A DNA stretch of 64,000 nucleotides, taken from positions 32,001-96,000 of the forward strand of contig CAVPJU010000006.1 in the NCBI GenBank assembly GCA_963705505.1, read 5' to 3'. Made by a program: the position numbers and the translations under genes. The notes under the pieces were generated by a model. That model worked only from the letters and a program-made list of their open reading frames with translations, was not told where the DNA came from and searched no databases. Origin of the DNA: an uncultured bacterium. GTDB taxonomy: Bacteria; Desulfobacterota_D; UBA1144; Nemesobacterales; UBA2774. How positions within the stretch are numbered: the stretch's first letter is position 1; every line of letters starts with the position of its first letter. Below are positions 22,067 to 32,280 of this stretch, piece after piece.

Positions 22067-23019
22067 GCTGTAATTTCGAGCATCCTGTCTATGGACTTCT
22101 TTGCTTTTAGAGCAATATGCTCGGGTACTTTTACTTCGAATATCTCTTCTTCGAGAGACCTGAGCACCTTTTCCAAGGTTATCATCTTCATGTATTTACA
22201 GACTGCGCTCTCACTCGCGGGGTAGAAGGTCTTATCGGGATTATCTTTCCTGAGCTTGTACAGCATCCCTGTTTCGGTGGCAATTATGAATTCCCTGGCG
22301 GGGGAATCCTTTGCGAATTTAATCATGCCGCCCGTGGAAAGAAATTTAATATGACCGTTCCCGTTAGCGGAGGAGCCGTTCAAGCCCTGGTAGAGAAGAT
22401 TCGTCGTACAGCCGCATTCGGGATGGACCACCAGCTCCGCGCCGGGGTGGGAATGCTTCATTTCCTTTAAATCCTCGGTCCTTATTCCCGCGTGCACGTG
22501 GCACTCGCCTGGCCAGATATGGATTTTCCTGCCCGTCACCTTGGCGGCATAAGCGCCCAGGAACATATCAGGGAGGAATAGGATTTCTTGATCTTCGGGG
22601 ACCGCGCTCACAACCTTAACCGCATTGGAAGAAGTACAGCAGTAATCGCTCTCCGCCTTGACCTCTGCAGTAGTGTTCACATATGAGACCACGACCGCGC
22701 CGGGGTGCTCTTTTTTCCACTCCCGGAGTTCGTCCGCGTTAATTGTATCCGCAAGCGAACAGCCGGCTCCGAGATCGGGCAGCAGCACTTTCTTACGGGG
22801 GGAGATTATGGAGGCGGTTTCCGCCATGAAATGTACGCCGCAAAAAACTATTATGTCGGCTTCCGTTTTTGCGGCCATCTGAGAAAGGGCGAGCGAATCA
22901 GCAGTAAAATCCGCGACATCCTGCACTTCGGGCAGCTGGTAATTGTGCGCCAGAATGACCGCGTTTTTTTCCTCTTTAAGCCTTTTTATCTCTCCGGCAA
23001 TTTTCGAATACCCTTCCAT
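22063..23019 (-). CDS. nadA: Quinolinate synthase
   Basis: ILAHNYQ, FCGVHFMAET, AGCSLA, ECHVH, HPEC, CKYMK. Confidence 0.97.
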   Translation of the reverse strand: MEGYSKIAGEIKRLKEEKNAVILAHNYQLPEVQDVADFTADSLALSQMAAKTEADIIVFCGVHFMAETASIISPRKKVLLPDLGAGCSLADTINADELREWKKEHPGAVVVSYVNTTAEVKAESDYCCTSSNAVKVVSAVPEDQEILFLPDMFLGAYAAKVTGRKIHIWPGECHVHAGIRTEDLKEMKHSHPGAELVVHPECGCTTNLLYQGLNGSSANGNGHIKFLSTGGMIKFAKDSPAREFIIATETGMLYKLRKDNPDKTFYPASESAVCKYMKMITLEKVLRSLEEEIFEVKVPEHIALKAKKSIDRMLEITA

Positions 23020-23057
23020 TCATTCCTCAACTTACCAACATCATTAGATAAAATTAA

Positions 23058-23903
23058 TTATACCACATAGAGCCCTATATCTAAAGCTGAAGCTGAGTGT
23101 GTGAGCGACCCGACGGATATAAAATCAACCCCCGTTTCCGCAACTTCTCTCACATTCCTGAGCGTAATTCCGCCAGAGGCCTCGACGATCGCGTTCTTAT
23201 CGATCATACGAACTGCTTTTTTCATTTGCTCGGGCGTCATATTGTCGAGCATTATTATATCCGCCCCCGCTATAAGCGCTTCCTTAACTTCCTCAAACCC
23301 GGAGGTCTCGACCTCTATTTTGTATTTCTGCCTGTACTTCTTGCGTATGACCGCGACAGCCTCGCTTATTCCGCCGGCTATCTTGATGTGATTATCCTTT
23401 ATCAAAACCATGTCGAATAGCCCGAAACGGTGGTTATAGCCGCCGCCCACGGAAACCGCGTACTTATCGAGCATCCGGAGTCCCGGCGCGGTCTTCCTGG
23501 TGTCGAGAATCTTTACGGGCAAGCCTTCGACCGCTTTCACGTATTTGGACGTGAGGGTGGCGATACCCGAGAGCCTTTGAAGTATATTGAGGACGAGGCG
23601 TTCACCCGACAGCAGCGCCCTCGTCCCGCCGTTTATCTCCGAGAGGATATCGCCCGGCCTGATGCTCTCGCCGTCGCCGATATTGTCCACGCACACGACC
23701 GTCGGGTCCAGCTTCTGAAAGACACGCTTGGCTATCGGGAGACCCGCGATCACACCCTTTTCCTTCGCGCGTATGACTGCCTTACTGTCGTCTTTCTCGG
23801 AGGCAAGCGAATTCGTGGTGATGTCGCCGTCCCCCAAATCCTCTCTGAGAGCGTACTCGATGATGCGGTCTACACGGTTAAAATCCAGTTCCATTCGTTT
23901 CAT
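23058..23903 (-). CDS. nadC: Quinolinate phosphoribosyltransferase (nicotinate-nucleotide pyrophosphorylase)
   Basis: DTRKTAPG, NHRFGL, IKDNHI, IMLDNM, EASGGI. Confidence 0.97.
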   Translation of the reverse strand: MKRMELDFNRVDRIIEYALREDLGDGDITTNSLASEKDDSKAVIRAKEKGVIAGLPIAKRVFQKLDPTVVCVDNIGDGESIRPGDILSEINGGTRALLSGERLVLNILQRLSGIATLTSKYVKAVEGLPVKILDTRKTAPGLRMLDKYAVSVGGGYNHRFGLFDMVLIKDNHIKIAGGISEAVAVIRKKYRQKYKIEVETSGFEEVKEALIAGADIIMLDNMTPEQMKKAVRMIDKNAIVEASGGITLRNVREVAETGVDFISVGSLTHSASALDIGLYVV

Positions 23904-23953
23904 TCAATCAATGCCCACCGGTTCACTTATACCCGGTCATATAATATACACTT

Positions 23954-25555
23954 TCAGACGGGGATTGCGGCGGGCTCTTCCCCCTTTTTCAGTACTATGT
24001 GCTTCCTCCACCCCGGGTCCTCGTCGGGGAAATCCTCTCTGATATGCACCCCTCTCGATTCTTCTCTCAGGAGGGAAAAGCGGGTTATGATCGAAGAAAC
24101 CTCGAGAATCATCTTCAATTTTAATCTATAGTAACCCGAAAGCCCGTCTAAAAAAACCGACATATTATTTAATTCCCGCGCTGCTTCCTCAAGACCTTCC
24201 CTGCTCCTTACTATCCCGACATGCCTGTTCATTATCCGCGAAGCCGCGGACTTGCATTCCCCGAACACCTTTTCGTGGGGTCCGGCAGCTTCGAAGAGAG
24301 AGCGATCGATATCGACACCCCGCACAGGAGGGCGAGGCTCAGAAGATTCGTTCGCACCGTCGACCGCTCGCTTGGCGAAGACAACGCATTCGAGGAGCGA
24401 ATTGCTCGCGAGCCTGTTTGCCCCGTGGACGCCCGTGCACGCGACCTCTCCGCAGGCGAAGAGCCCCTTTATATTCGTTTCACCACGGAGACCGGTCCTC
24501 ACGCCCCCGATCGTATAATGAGCCGCCGGAGCGACGCGCACTAAACTTTCGGTCATGTCTACGCCGTAGCTTAGACAGGCCTCATATATGTTGGCGAATC
24601 TGGTTTTAATATAGCCCGGATCGAGGTGTCTCAAATCCAGATAGACATAATCCCTGCCCGACTTTTTCATCTCCATGTAAATTGCGCGGGAGACTATATC
24701 CCGCGGTGCGAGCTCCCCGAGCTCGCTGTAGTTATGCATGAACTTCTTCCCTCCGCAGTCAAGGAGATACGCGCCCTCTCCCCTCACCGCTTCGCTAATA
24801 AGAAAACTCGCTCCGCTCTCGTTATAAAATGCTGTCGGGTGGAACTGGATAAACTCCATGTCCGTTATTTCCGCTCCAGCATCGTAGGCGAGCGATACCC
24901 CCTCGCCGGTGGAGCCGCCGGGGTTTGTAGTCCTCTCGTAAAGAGCGGACGCTCCCCCCGTTGCGAGTATCGTGGACTTTGAAAAAAACGAAATGGGGTT
25001 GAAATGCCCGTCGAGGGCCAGCGCCCCCGCGCACGTAGCCCCGTCTGAAAAAAAACGTATAACACCCGTGCTTTCGAACTTGCTTATTGAAGGGTTATTC
25101 TCGACGGCCGCGATGAGGAACCTGACCATCTCCCTGCCCGTAGAGCTGCCGCCTGCGTGAAGCACGCGCCTTTTCGTGTGCCCGCCCTCGAGCCCGAGCT
25201 CAAGCCCCTTCTCCCCCGTATCGAACTTCATTCCGAGCCCGATGAGGTCCCTTACCCGGTCTTTCCCCTCATTCACGAGGACTTCCACGGCTTCGGCGTT
25301 ATTGAGCCCCCTTCCCGCTCTCAAGGTGTCTTCGATATGGAACCACGTAGAATCCTCGGGATCCACGACGGCGGCTATACCCCCCTGAGCCCAGTATGAA
25401 TTGCTCTCTTCGACCGTAGATTTTGTAAGGAGCGTGACGCTCCCGTACCTGGAGGCGTAAAGGGCCGCATAGAGACCCGCAAGGCCGCTGCCGATAATAA
25501 GAAAATCCGAAGACAGTTCCGTAGGACCCGACACATCTGGCCGTGATATGCTCAT
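23954..25555 (-). CDS. nadB: L-aspartate oxidase
   Basis: IGSGLAG, SYWAQGGIAA, QFHPT, SEAVRGEG, HGANRLASNSLLE. Confidence 0.96.
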   Translation of the reverse strand: MSISRPDVSGPTELSSDFLIIGSGLAGLYAALYASRYGSVTLLTKSTVEESNSYWAQGGIAAVVDPEDSTWFHIEDTLRAGRGLNNAEAVEVLVNEGKDRVRDLIGLGMKFDTGEKGLELGLEGGHTKRRVLHAGGSSTGREMVRFLIAAVENNPSISKFESTGVIRFFSDGATCAGALALDGHFNPISFFSKSTILATGGASALYERTTNPGGSTGEGVSLAYDAGAEITDMEFIQFHPTAFYNESGASFLISEAVRGEGAYLLDCGGKKFMHNYSELGELAPRDIVSRAIYMEMKKSGRDYVYLDLRHLDPGYIKTRFANIYEACLSYGVDMTESLVRVAPAAHYTIGGVRTGLRGETNIKGLFACGEVACTGVHGANRLASNSLLECVVFAKRAVDGANESSEPRPPVRGVDIDRSLFEAAGPHEKVFGECKSAASRIMNRHVGIVRSREGLEEAARELNNMSVFLDGLSGYYRLKLKMILEVSSIITRFSLLREESRGVHIREDFPDEDPGWRKHIVLKKGEEPAAIPV

Positions 25556-25597
25556 ATTTGACTCTTATATCAGCGAAACGAACCTATGAACAGAACT

Positions 25598-28246
25598 TCA
25601 TCCGGAAGTCATCGATTCCAATAATGCGTTCTTTACCTCTTCTATCTTTTCCGGATCCATTATTTTTTTGCGGCTCATGTCCACCACGTAAAAAGCGTCG
25701 ACCACCTGATCGACTTTTGTGGAGATCTTTGCGTACTCGATCGAAAGACCGAGATTTTTTATAGTCTTGGTTATGTCGTAAAGCAGCCCCGGTCTGTCGT
25801 GGGTTATTACGTCGATCACGGTCGCGACATCGGAAGATTCGTTATCGACCATGACCCTCGTCGGATACTGTGGTATCGCCTTGCTGTACAGCGGTCTGTC
25901 CTGTCTCTTCCTTGAGACAAGCTCTTCAACGTCTATCTTGCCCGTCAGCACCCGGTCCAAATTTTCCCTCAGCTTGTCCCAGACCTCTTCGCCCTCTTTC
26001 ACGGACTGGCCGAGCTTGTTTACGTAGAAGACGTCGAGAATCCTGCCGTCGAGCCTGGTCGTGATACGCGCCCCAAGCACATTTAAACCCGAGGCCCTGA
26101 TAACTCCGCATAGCTTGGAGAATATGCCCGGCTCATCAAACCCCCAGAACGTAAATTCGTTGTACTCCTCATGGGGATAAAAAAGCACATCCATTCCTAC
26201 GGCATCTTTGGACTTCTCGATAAGGCTCACATGGTAGGCTATCTTTCTCGGAGAAAAACCCAGGAAGTAAGACTCGGGCATAGTCCCGAGGATGGCCGTT
26301 ACGTTCTTCTTGGAAGCCTTGTTCCCGAGTATCCTCATCACTTCGTCGATCACCCTCTTCTGCCTGGCAAGCGGGTCCTCTTCTTTGAATATCCCTCTCT
26401 CGAGAACCTTCGCAGTCCTTATAAAAATCTCCTTGAGGAGCATACCCTTCCAGTTCGTCCAGACGTCCGGCCCCACCGACTTTATATCCGCGAACGTAAG
26501 CAGGTACAGGAGTGAAAGGGTCTCGAGGGTCTTCACTGCCTTCGCGAATCTCACTATAAGGCTGTAGTCGTGTATATCCCTTCTCTGCGAGAAATGTGAC
26601 ATCAAAAGATGGTTCTTCACGAGGAACTCCAACTGCCCCGTCTCGGCAGGAGAGAGCCCCATCCTTTTTGCTATCTTCGGAATCATCGCGGCCCCTTTTT
26701 CCGCATGGTCCTTGCCCTCCCCCTTCCCCATATCGTGAAAGAGGCACGCAAGATATAGTATGTGCCTGCTCATGAGGGATTCGGCCGTTTTCGTGAGGAG
26801 CGGGAGCTCCTTATCGTATTTATAATTGAGGAGGTTCTCTATCTCCCTCACCATGAATATGGAATGAACGTCCACGGTGTAGACATGGTATGCGTCGTGC
26901 TGTACCATGCAGACTATCTTTCCGAATTCCGGAATGTAATATCCGAGAAAACGGAGACGGTTCATTTCAAAAAGCGTATCGGCGACATTCTTTCCCTTCT
27001 TCAGCAGTCTCAGGAACGACGCATTGAGCTCGGGGTTGGCCCTCACGCTCTCGTCCATTGTCGTGACGCTCACGTTCTCTCTTATGAGGTCGAGGAGATA
27101 ATTACTCATCTTCACCTGATACCTGTCGGCATACTCAAAAGCCCTCATGAGGTTTGCCGGGTTCTCCTTGAAAATATTGATATTGGAGGTTGAAAGCATT
27201 CCGCCCTGTATGATAAATCCGTTATCGAGAGAGACTGTTTTCGGGCTGCGGATACCGGACTTATGTCCCATAATGCATTTTTCTATGAGCCTCTTCGACT
27301 GCTCTCTCAATTCGTTGCCGCGGAGATAATAGATCCTCATGAACCTTTCCACGGCGGGAAGCTCGCCGTCCTTGAAACCAAGGAACTTGGCGACCTTTTC
27401 CTGAAACTCGAACCCGAGCCTGTCCTCTCTCCTGCCTGCAAGGTAATGGAGCTCGGACCTGACGAGGAGGAGAAAATTCAAGCCCTTTTCGAATATCCTT
27501 ATTTCGTTCTCCATAAGTATGCCCTTGGGAAGGAGGTCGGAAAAATTCTTGACCTTGAATTTAGCCTGGGCTATCCAGAGCGCGTAGTGTATGTCCCTGA
27601 GCCCGCCTTCTCCTTCCTTCACGTTGGGTTCGAGCAGATAAACCGATCTCCCGAATCTGTTGATCCTCTGCTCGTTCTCCTTGATCTTGCTCAGGATGAA
27701 TTTATGCGAGATGGCGGGAAGGAGCTGGCAGTAGAGTTTTTTGTCCAAATCCATGTAGAGCTGTTCGTCACCGCATAAGAACCTGCTGTCGAGAAGGGAC
27801 GTCAGTATGGTCGTATCCTCCTCCTGAGAGAGCTCTATACATTCGTCTATGGTCCTCACCGAATGACCGACGTCGAGACCGAGGTCCCATAGGAGGTAAA
27901 GGAGCTTCTCGGTCGCCTCCTTTGCCAGAGTTTTATTGCGGGGCTTATAAAGGAACATTATGTCCACATCGGAATAAGGACAGAGCTCGTTTCTCCCGTA
28001 GCCCCCGAGCGCTACGACGCTCACGTTCCTGAGATCGTTAAACCCCTGCTGCGAAAGCGCCTGCTTGATCAGCTTGTCAACTATTTCCGATCTCTTTTTA
28101 GCAAGTATGCTCCCGGACAAAGCCTTATTGCGCTTGGTCTTGTTTTTATGGTACGCCATTAGCTCCATATTCTTCCGGTTGAGCCTTTCTTTCAGGTTCC
28201 GGAACAAATCGCCCTTGTCCGCTACTATGTTCGCTGCTTTGCTCAT
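25598..28246 (-). CDS. glnD: [Protein-PII] uridylyltransferase
   Basis: ALGGYGR..PYSDVD, EPNVKEGEGGLRD, HD domain (HVYTVDVH, LFHDMGKG), two C-terminal ACT domains. Confidence 0.97.
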   Translation of the reverse strand: MSKAANIVADKGDLFRNLKERLNRKNMELMAYHKNKTKRNKALSGSILAKKRSEIVDKLIKQALSQQGFNDLRNVSVVALGGYGRNELCPYSDVDIMFLYKPRNKTLAKEATEKLLYLLWDLGLDVGHSVRTIDECIELSQEEDTTILTSLLDSRFLCGDEQLYMDLDKKLYCQLLPAISHKFILSKIKENEQRINRFGRSVYLLEPNVKEGEGGLRDIHYALWIAQAKFKVKNFSDLLPKGILMENEIRIFEKGLNFLLLVRSELHYLAGRREDRLGFEFQEKVAKFLGFKDGELPAVERFMRIYYLRGNELREQSKRLIEKCIMGHKSGIRSPKTVSLDNGFIIQGGMLSTSNINIFKENPANLMRAFEYADRYQVKMSNYLLDLIRENVSVTTMDESVRANPELNASFLRLLKKGKNVADTLFEMNRLRFLGYYIPEFGKIVCMVQHDAYHVYTVDVHSIFMVREIENLLNYKYDKELPLLTKTAESLMSRHILYLACLFHDMGKGEGKDHAEKGAAMIPKIAKRMGLSPAETGQLEFLVKNHLLMSHFSQRRDIHDYSLIVRFAKAVKTLETLSLLYLLTFADIKSVGPDVWTNWKGMLLKEIFIRTAKVLERGIFKEEDPLARQKRVIDEVMRILGNKASKKNVTAILGTMPESYFLGFSPRKIAYHVSLIEKSKDAVGMDVLFYPHEEYNEFTFWGFDEPGIFSKLCGVIRASGLNVLGARITTRLDGRILDVFYVNKLGQSVKEGEEVWDKLRENLDRVLTGKIDVEELVSRKRQDRPLYSKAIPQYPTRVMVDNESSDVATVIDVITHDRPGLLYDITKTIKNLGLSIEYAKISTKVDQVVDAFYVVDMSRKKIMDPEKIEEVKNALLESMTSG

Positions 28247-28297
28247 GTTCTTCTCTCTGTCCTTATTTTACATGTATAAGTGAAGGTATATATAAAA

Positions 28298-28948
28298 TTA
28301 CAATTTCACGCTCAGCGAAACCCCGTCCCTGAGGGGGATTATCGTTGTGAAGAAGCCCTCGTTGGATAGGAGGAGCTTTGTGAACTCCCTGACACCCGCC
28401 GTGCTGGGGGAGTCGTCTCCCGTAAGCACCCTGCCGAACCAGAGCACGTTGTCCGTTATAAAAAGACCGCCCTTCCTCAATTTTTCATAAGCCTTATCCA
28501 CGACCCTGGGGTAGTATTCCTTGTCTACATCGTTGAAGATAATGTCGAACCCGCCCCGGGACTCTTCCAGGATTTGAACGGCGTTCCCGACCCGGATGTC
28601 GATCCTTTCTCTCACCCCGGCCCTGTTGAAAAAATCCTCGGCGATTCCGGCGTTGTCATGCGACATGTCCGTATAGACGAGAGAACCGCTTTTCCCTATC
28701 GCTTTTGCGAACCAGTATGCCGAATAGCCGAAGCCCGAGCCGAGCTCGAGAACTTTTTTAGCCTTACTTATCAATGCGATCTGGAATAAGAGCCTTCCGA
28801 CGAGCGGCCCCACTATCGGGAATTCATTCAGCCGCGCATGCTCCTCCATCTCTTCCTGAATTCTATCCACTGAGGGGGTGAGCGATTCTATGTACTCCTC
28901 GATCTCCGGGTTGACTATATATTTATCCGGCTGCGGTATGTGTTTCAT
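28298..28948 (-). CDS. SAM-dependent O-methyltransferase (family 3)
   Basis: VLELGSGFGYS, DVDKEYY, DNVLWFG, RDG. Confidence 0.9.
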   Translation of the reverse strand: MKHIPQPDKYIVNPEIEEYIESLTPSVDRIQEEMEEHARLNEFPIVGPLVGRLLFQIALISKAKKVLELGSGFGYSAYWFAKAIGKSGSLVYTDMSHDNAGIAEDFFNRAGVRERIDIRVGNAVQILEESRGGFDIIFNDVDKEYYPRVVDKAYEKLRKGGLFITDNVLWFGRVLTGDDSPSTAGVREFTKLLLSNEGFFTTIIPLRDGVSLSVKL

Positions 28949-29505
28949 TGTCTCCTGAACTCTGCGAATGTTTCGCTGAATTCGCTCTCCCGGTTTTCAA
29001 TCCTCGCCATGACAAAGAGGAGGTCGGACAGCCTGTTCATGTAGACCAGCACTTCTTTCCTGACTTCTTCCTCCTCCATCAATTTAACTATCTTCCTCTC
29101 GGCCCTTCTCGCGACGGTCCTTGCGAAATGGAGATTCGCCCCCCCCGCGTTTCCGCCCGGAAGAATGAACTCTTTTAGGGGTTCGAGGTCGAGGAGAAAT
29201 TCGTCAATCGCGGACTCGAGCGCTTTGATCCTGTCCTCGTGCACCCTCGGCACATCGAGACCGGGGGGGCTTGCAAGCTCGGCCCCGACGATAAAGAGGT
29301 CTTTCTGGACGGCTTCAAGGATATTATTGACCCGGCTATTGCGAACGAGCCTGCGGGCAAGCCCGAGCGCGGCGTTCAGCTCATCCACGTCTCCGTAAGC
29401 GTCAACCCTGGAGGATGCCTTGCTTACCCTCATGCCGCCTACGAGCGAGGTAAGCCCTTCATCGCCTGTCTTGGTATAGACCTTCGTAATCCTTTTCTTC
29501 GCCAC
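28945..29505 (-). CDS. pduO: ATP:cob(I)alamin adenosyltransferase, PduO type
   Basis: KVYTKTGDEG, AYGDVDELN, RTVARRAER, NRLSDLLF. Confidence 0.93.
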   Translation of the reverse strand: MAKKRITKVYTKTGDEGLTSLVGGMRVSKASSRVDAYGDVDELNAALGLARRLVRNSRVNNILEAVQKDLFIVGAELASPPGLDVPRVHEDRIKALESAIDEFLLDLEPLKEFILPGGNAGGANLHFARTVARRAERKIVKLMEEEEVRKEVLVYMNRLSDLLFVMARIENRESEFSETFAEFRRQ

Positions 29506-29786
29506 TTTGAAATATTAACCGAACGGGAAATATGGTTCAAACCTAGAGACGGAAAAGATTCGGATTATTCGTATTATATAGGGAATATATTCGGCTGGAA
29601 CGATCAACTCATGCGCGGCACGGTTAATACGGTCATCGATAAAGGAGGGTTCGTCGGCTTGAATAAGATCACCTGAAAGGGGTTAGCGGGCGAGAAACGG
29701 CGCCGAAGCAATTCCAGGAGGGCAAAGGCCTGAAATTGCTTCGTAACCGTGTTAAATAATAAACGATATCAGGTGATTAGTAACGG

Positions 29787-30110
29787 TTAAAGCGTCCCTT
29801 CGATGATATCGGTGATATGCTTCTTCGGGAGAGCGCCGATAATGCGTTCCCCGGGGCTCCCCTCCTTGAATATTATCATAGTCGGGATGCTCCTTATCCC
29901 GAACGCACGGGTATTTCCCGGGTTCTCGTCGACGTTAAGCTTGGCGATCTTTATTCTGCCTTCGTAATCAGCGGCGATCTCTTCGAGAGTCGGCGCAAGC
30001 GCCCGGCAGGGACCGCACCATTCCGCCCAAAAATCAACGAGCACGGGCACCTGCGAGTTGAGCACCTCTTCCTCAAAATTCTCATCAGAAATGTGCACTG
30101 TCTTAGCCAT
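29787..30110 (-). CDS. trxA: Thioredoxin
   Basis: WAEWCGPC active site; IRSIPT; AGGAGG RBS before ATG 30110. Confidence 0.96.
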   Translation of the reverse strand: MAKTVHISDENFEEEVLNSQVPVLVDFWAEWCGPCRALAPTLEEIAADYEGRIKIAKLNVDENPGNTRAFGIRSIPTMIIFKEGSPGERIIGALPKKHITDIIEGTL

Positions 30111-30331
30111 CTTTAAACCTCCTAACATAAAATGAACACTACACAGCATTAGATATATATCTTAAAAAAAAGGATTCAATACACGGAGCCATACTTAAAT
30201 ATGTATAAGCCGGGTCTCTTTCCAGTGTTATCTTGGCCGCCGGAACACAATAAAAAGCGGTCAAAAACAAGCAGGACGATTGTGCTATACTAAATACGAA
30301 CGGAAAATTATGGACCCGGATCAAGGCTATT

Positions 30332-31033
30332 ATGGATTTATCCTCCCTCGACCTTAAGGACGTATGCAACCTCAAAGATTTTTCGGGGGTCATTCCTCTC
30401 TTCCCCCTATCCACAGTTGTATTTTTCCCGAACACGCTCCTTCCGCTCCACATATTCGAACCCAGATACAAGCACATGGTAAGCAATGTCATCAAGTCCG
30501 AAAGAATCATCGGCATGGCGCTTCTGAAGCCTGGCTGGGAGGCTAACTATTACGGCAATCCCGAAGTATTCGACGTAGTGGGGATGGGAAGAATCGTAAG
30601 CTCGGAATCCTTTAAGGACGGCAGAATGAACATAGTGCTCTACGGTCTGAAAAGGGTAAAGATTGTCGAGATAACGAAAGACCTGCCCTACAGGCTCGCC
30701 CGTGTAGAGATCATGGAAAACACACGCTGCACGAGCGATGAGATTTATAGAAGCAAAATAGAAGAGCTTATAACGAAATGGAATTTCGCATTAGATGAGA
30801 AACAGAAGGCTCACAGAATAAACATCAACACCGGGCTTCCGCTCGAGAGCCTTACGGACGCGCTCGCGACCCTAATTTTCTCAAACGTATTTGACAAGCA
30901 GTCGCTTCTCGAGGAGCCGAGCGTAGAGAAAAGAGCCGAGGTGATAATCAGGGATCTGCAGACGAGACTTGATATAATATCAGTTACCTCGAAAAAGAGG
31001 AACGAGATCATCGATAAGAGAAACCTTAATTGA
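30332..31033 (+). CDS. LON peptidase substrate-binding domain protein (stand-alone)
   Basis: IPLFPL..FPNTLLPLHIFEPRY; DGRMNIVL. Confidence 0.9.
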   Translation: MDLSSLDLKDVCNLKDFSGVIPLFPLSTVVFFPNTLLPLHIFEPRYKHMVSNVIKSERIIGMALLKPGWEANYYGNPEVFDVVGMGRIVSSESFKDGRMNIVLYGLKRVKIVEITKDLPYRLARVEIMENTRCTSDEIYRSKIEELITKWNFALDEKQKAHRININTGLPLESLTDALATLIFSNVFDKQSLLEEPSVEKRAEVIIRDLQTRLDIISVTSKKRNEIIDKRNLN

Positions 31034-31035
31034 GA

Positions 31036-31827
31036 TTAACCATCAAGCAGGAACTCGAGGACGAGCTTATCGGCTTCCTCCTGCCTTTCCCTCCAGAAAC
31101 CGTGGCCGACGCCTTCAAAACTTTTTAACCTCGAACCGGGTATCAGCTCCGCAAGCTCCCGAGTGCGCATGGGGGAGGTGGTCATGTCGCACTCGCCCAT
31201 CATCACGAGTGCGGGGGCTTTTATCCTGTGAAGCAGGTCCGTGGTATTGTGCCCTTCGACGGCATAACTCTGTCCGGTATAACCCCTGAGCGCGTCGGGG
31301 CTTTCGGGAATGGAATTCATAACACCGCTCAGCGAACCGATATTTTTCTCTATGTATCCCCTCGTATATCCGAGGTAAAGGGCCATGACCCAGACCGCCC
31401 TCATGCCGACCTTGGACGCGATTTCCCTGCCCATCCTGAGTATTACATTCCCCACCTCGTCTCTCGAAGCGGAGGAGCAGCCCATCACGAGCTTGCTCAC
31501 CTTTTCGGGATACTTTATCGCAAGCCACTGCCCTATCATTCCGCCCATGGATTTCCCCACTATATGGGCTGACACGATCCCGAGAGCATCCATGAGAGCA
31601 GCCGCATCGTCCGCCATGTCTTCGGTCGTGTAGCCCGGCTCGGGCTTGTCGGACCTTCCGGCGCCCCGGTTGTCGAAGACGATTACCTTAAAGTGTTTGG
31701 AATATATCGGGACCTGCGTCGCCCAGCTTTCGATCTGGCTGCCGAGACCGCCGATGAGGACGACCGGGTATCCGTCGCCGTGAATCTCGTAATAAATATT
31801 CACACCGTTAGCGCTGACGCGGGGCAT
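31036..31827 (-). CDS. Alpha/beta hydrolase
   Basis: DNRGAGRS, GKSMG nucleophile elbow, GVGH. Confidence 0.9.
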   Translation of the reverse strand: MPRVSANGVNIYYEIHGDGYPVVLIGGLGSQIESWATQVPIYSKHFKVIVFDNRGAGRSDKPEPGYTTEDMADDAAALMDALGIVSAHIVGKSMGGMIGQWLAIKYPEKVSKLVMGCSSASRDEVGNVILRMGREIASKVGMRAVWVMALYLGYTRGYIEKNIGSLSGVMNSIPESPDALRGYTGQSYAVEGHNTTDLLHRIKAPALVMMGECDMTTSPMRTRELAELIPGSRLKSFEGVGHGFWRERQEEADKLVLEFLLDG

Positions 31828-31833
31828 ATAGTC

Positions 31834-32280
31834 TCAATCCCCCTCCCGCCTCGGTCTCTTCGACTCGAGGTACTCGGCAAGTATATACACGGCGGCCATT
31901 TTGTCTATCACCTTCTTTCTCTTCTTCCTCCCGACGTCGGCGTTTATCAGAAACTGCTCGGCGCTCGAGGTGGAAAAGCTTTCGTCCCAGAACATAACGG
32001 GAAGCTTGAACTCCCCCTTTAAATCCTCAGCGAATTTAATTATATCCTCACCCCTTTTACTCACACTGCCGTCGCTCCTGTAGGGAACGCCGACGAGGAG
32101 CTCCGCGGGGGCGTACCTGTCGATTAATTTGCCGAGCTCGGCTTTATCGTATCCGATGTCCTTTCTCCTGATCGTGGCAACACCGTTAGCCGTGATTCCG
32201 AGCTCGTCGCTCACGGCGACGCCTATAGTTTTCGTACCGACGTCTAGGGCCAAAGTTCTCATGCGTTCTCGATTATCCAT
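31834..32280 (-). CDS. ruvX: RuvX/YqgF nuclease (pre-16S rRNA processing)
   Basis: LALDVGTKTIGVAVSD, WDESFST, IDKMAAVYIL. Confidence 0.93.
   Translation of the reverse strand: MDNRERMRTLALDVGTKTIGVAVSDELGITANGVATIRRKDIGYDKAELGKLIDRYAPAELLVGVPYRSDGSVSKRGEDIIKFAEDLKGEFKLPVMFWDESFSTSSAEQFLINADVGRKKRKKVIDKMAAVYILAEYLESKRPRREGD

Noticed and set aside
29506..29786. Cobalamin or glycine riboswitch upstream of pduO
   Set aside because: No B12-box or GCCACTG motif on the minus strand; the CGCCGAAG resemblance to a glycine aptamer is on the wrong strand and lacks CTCTCAGG
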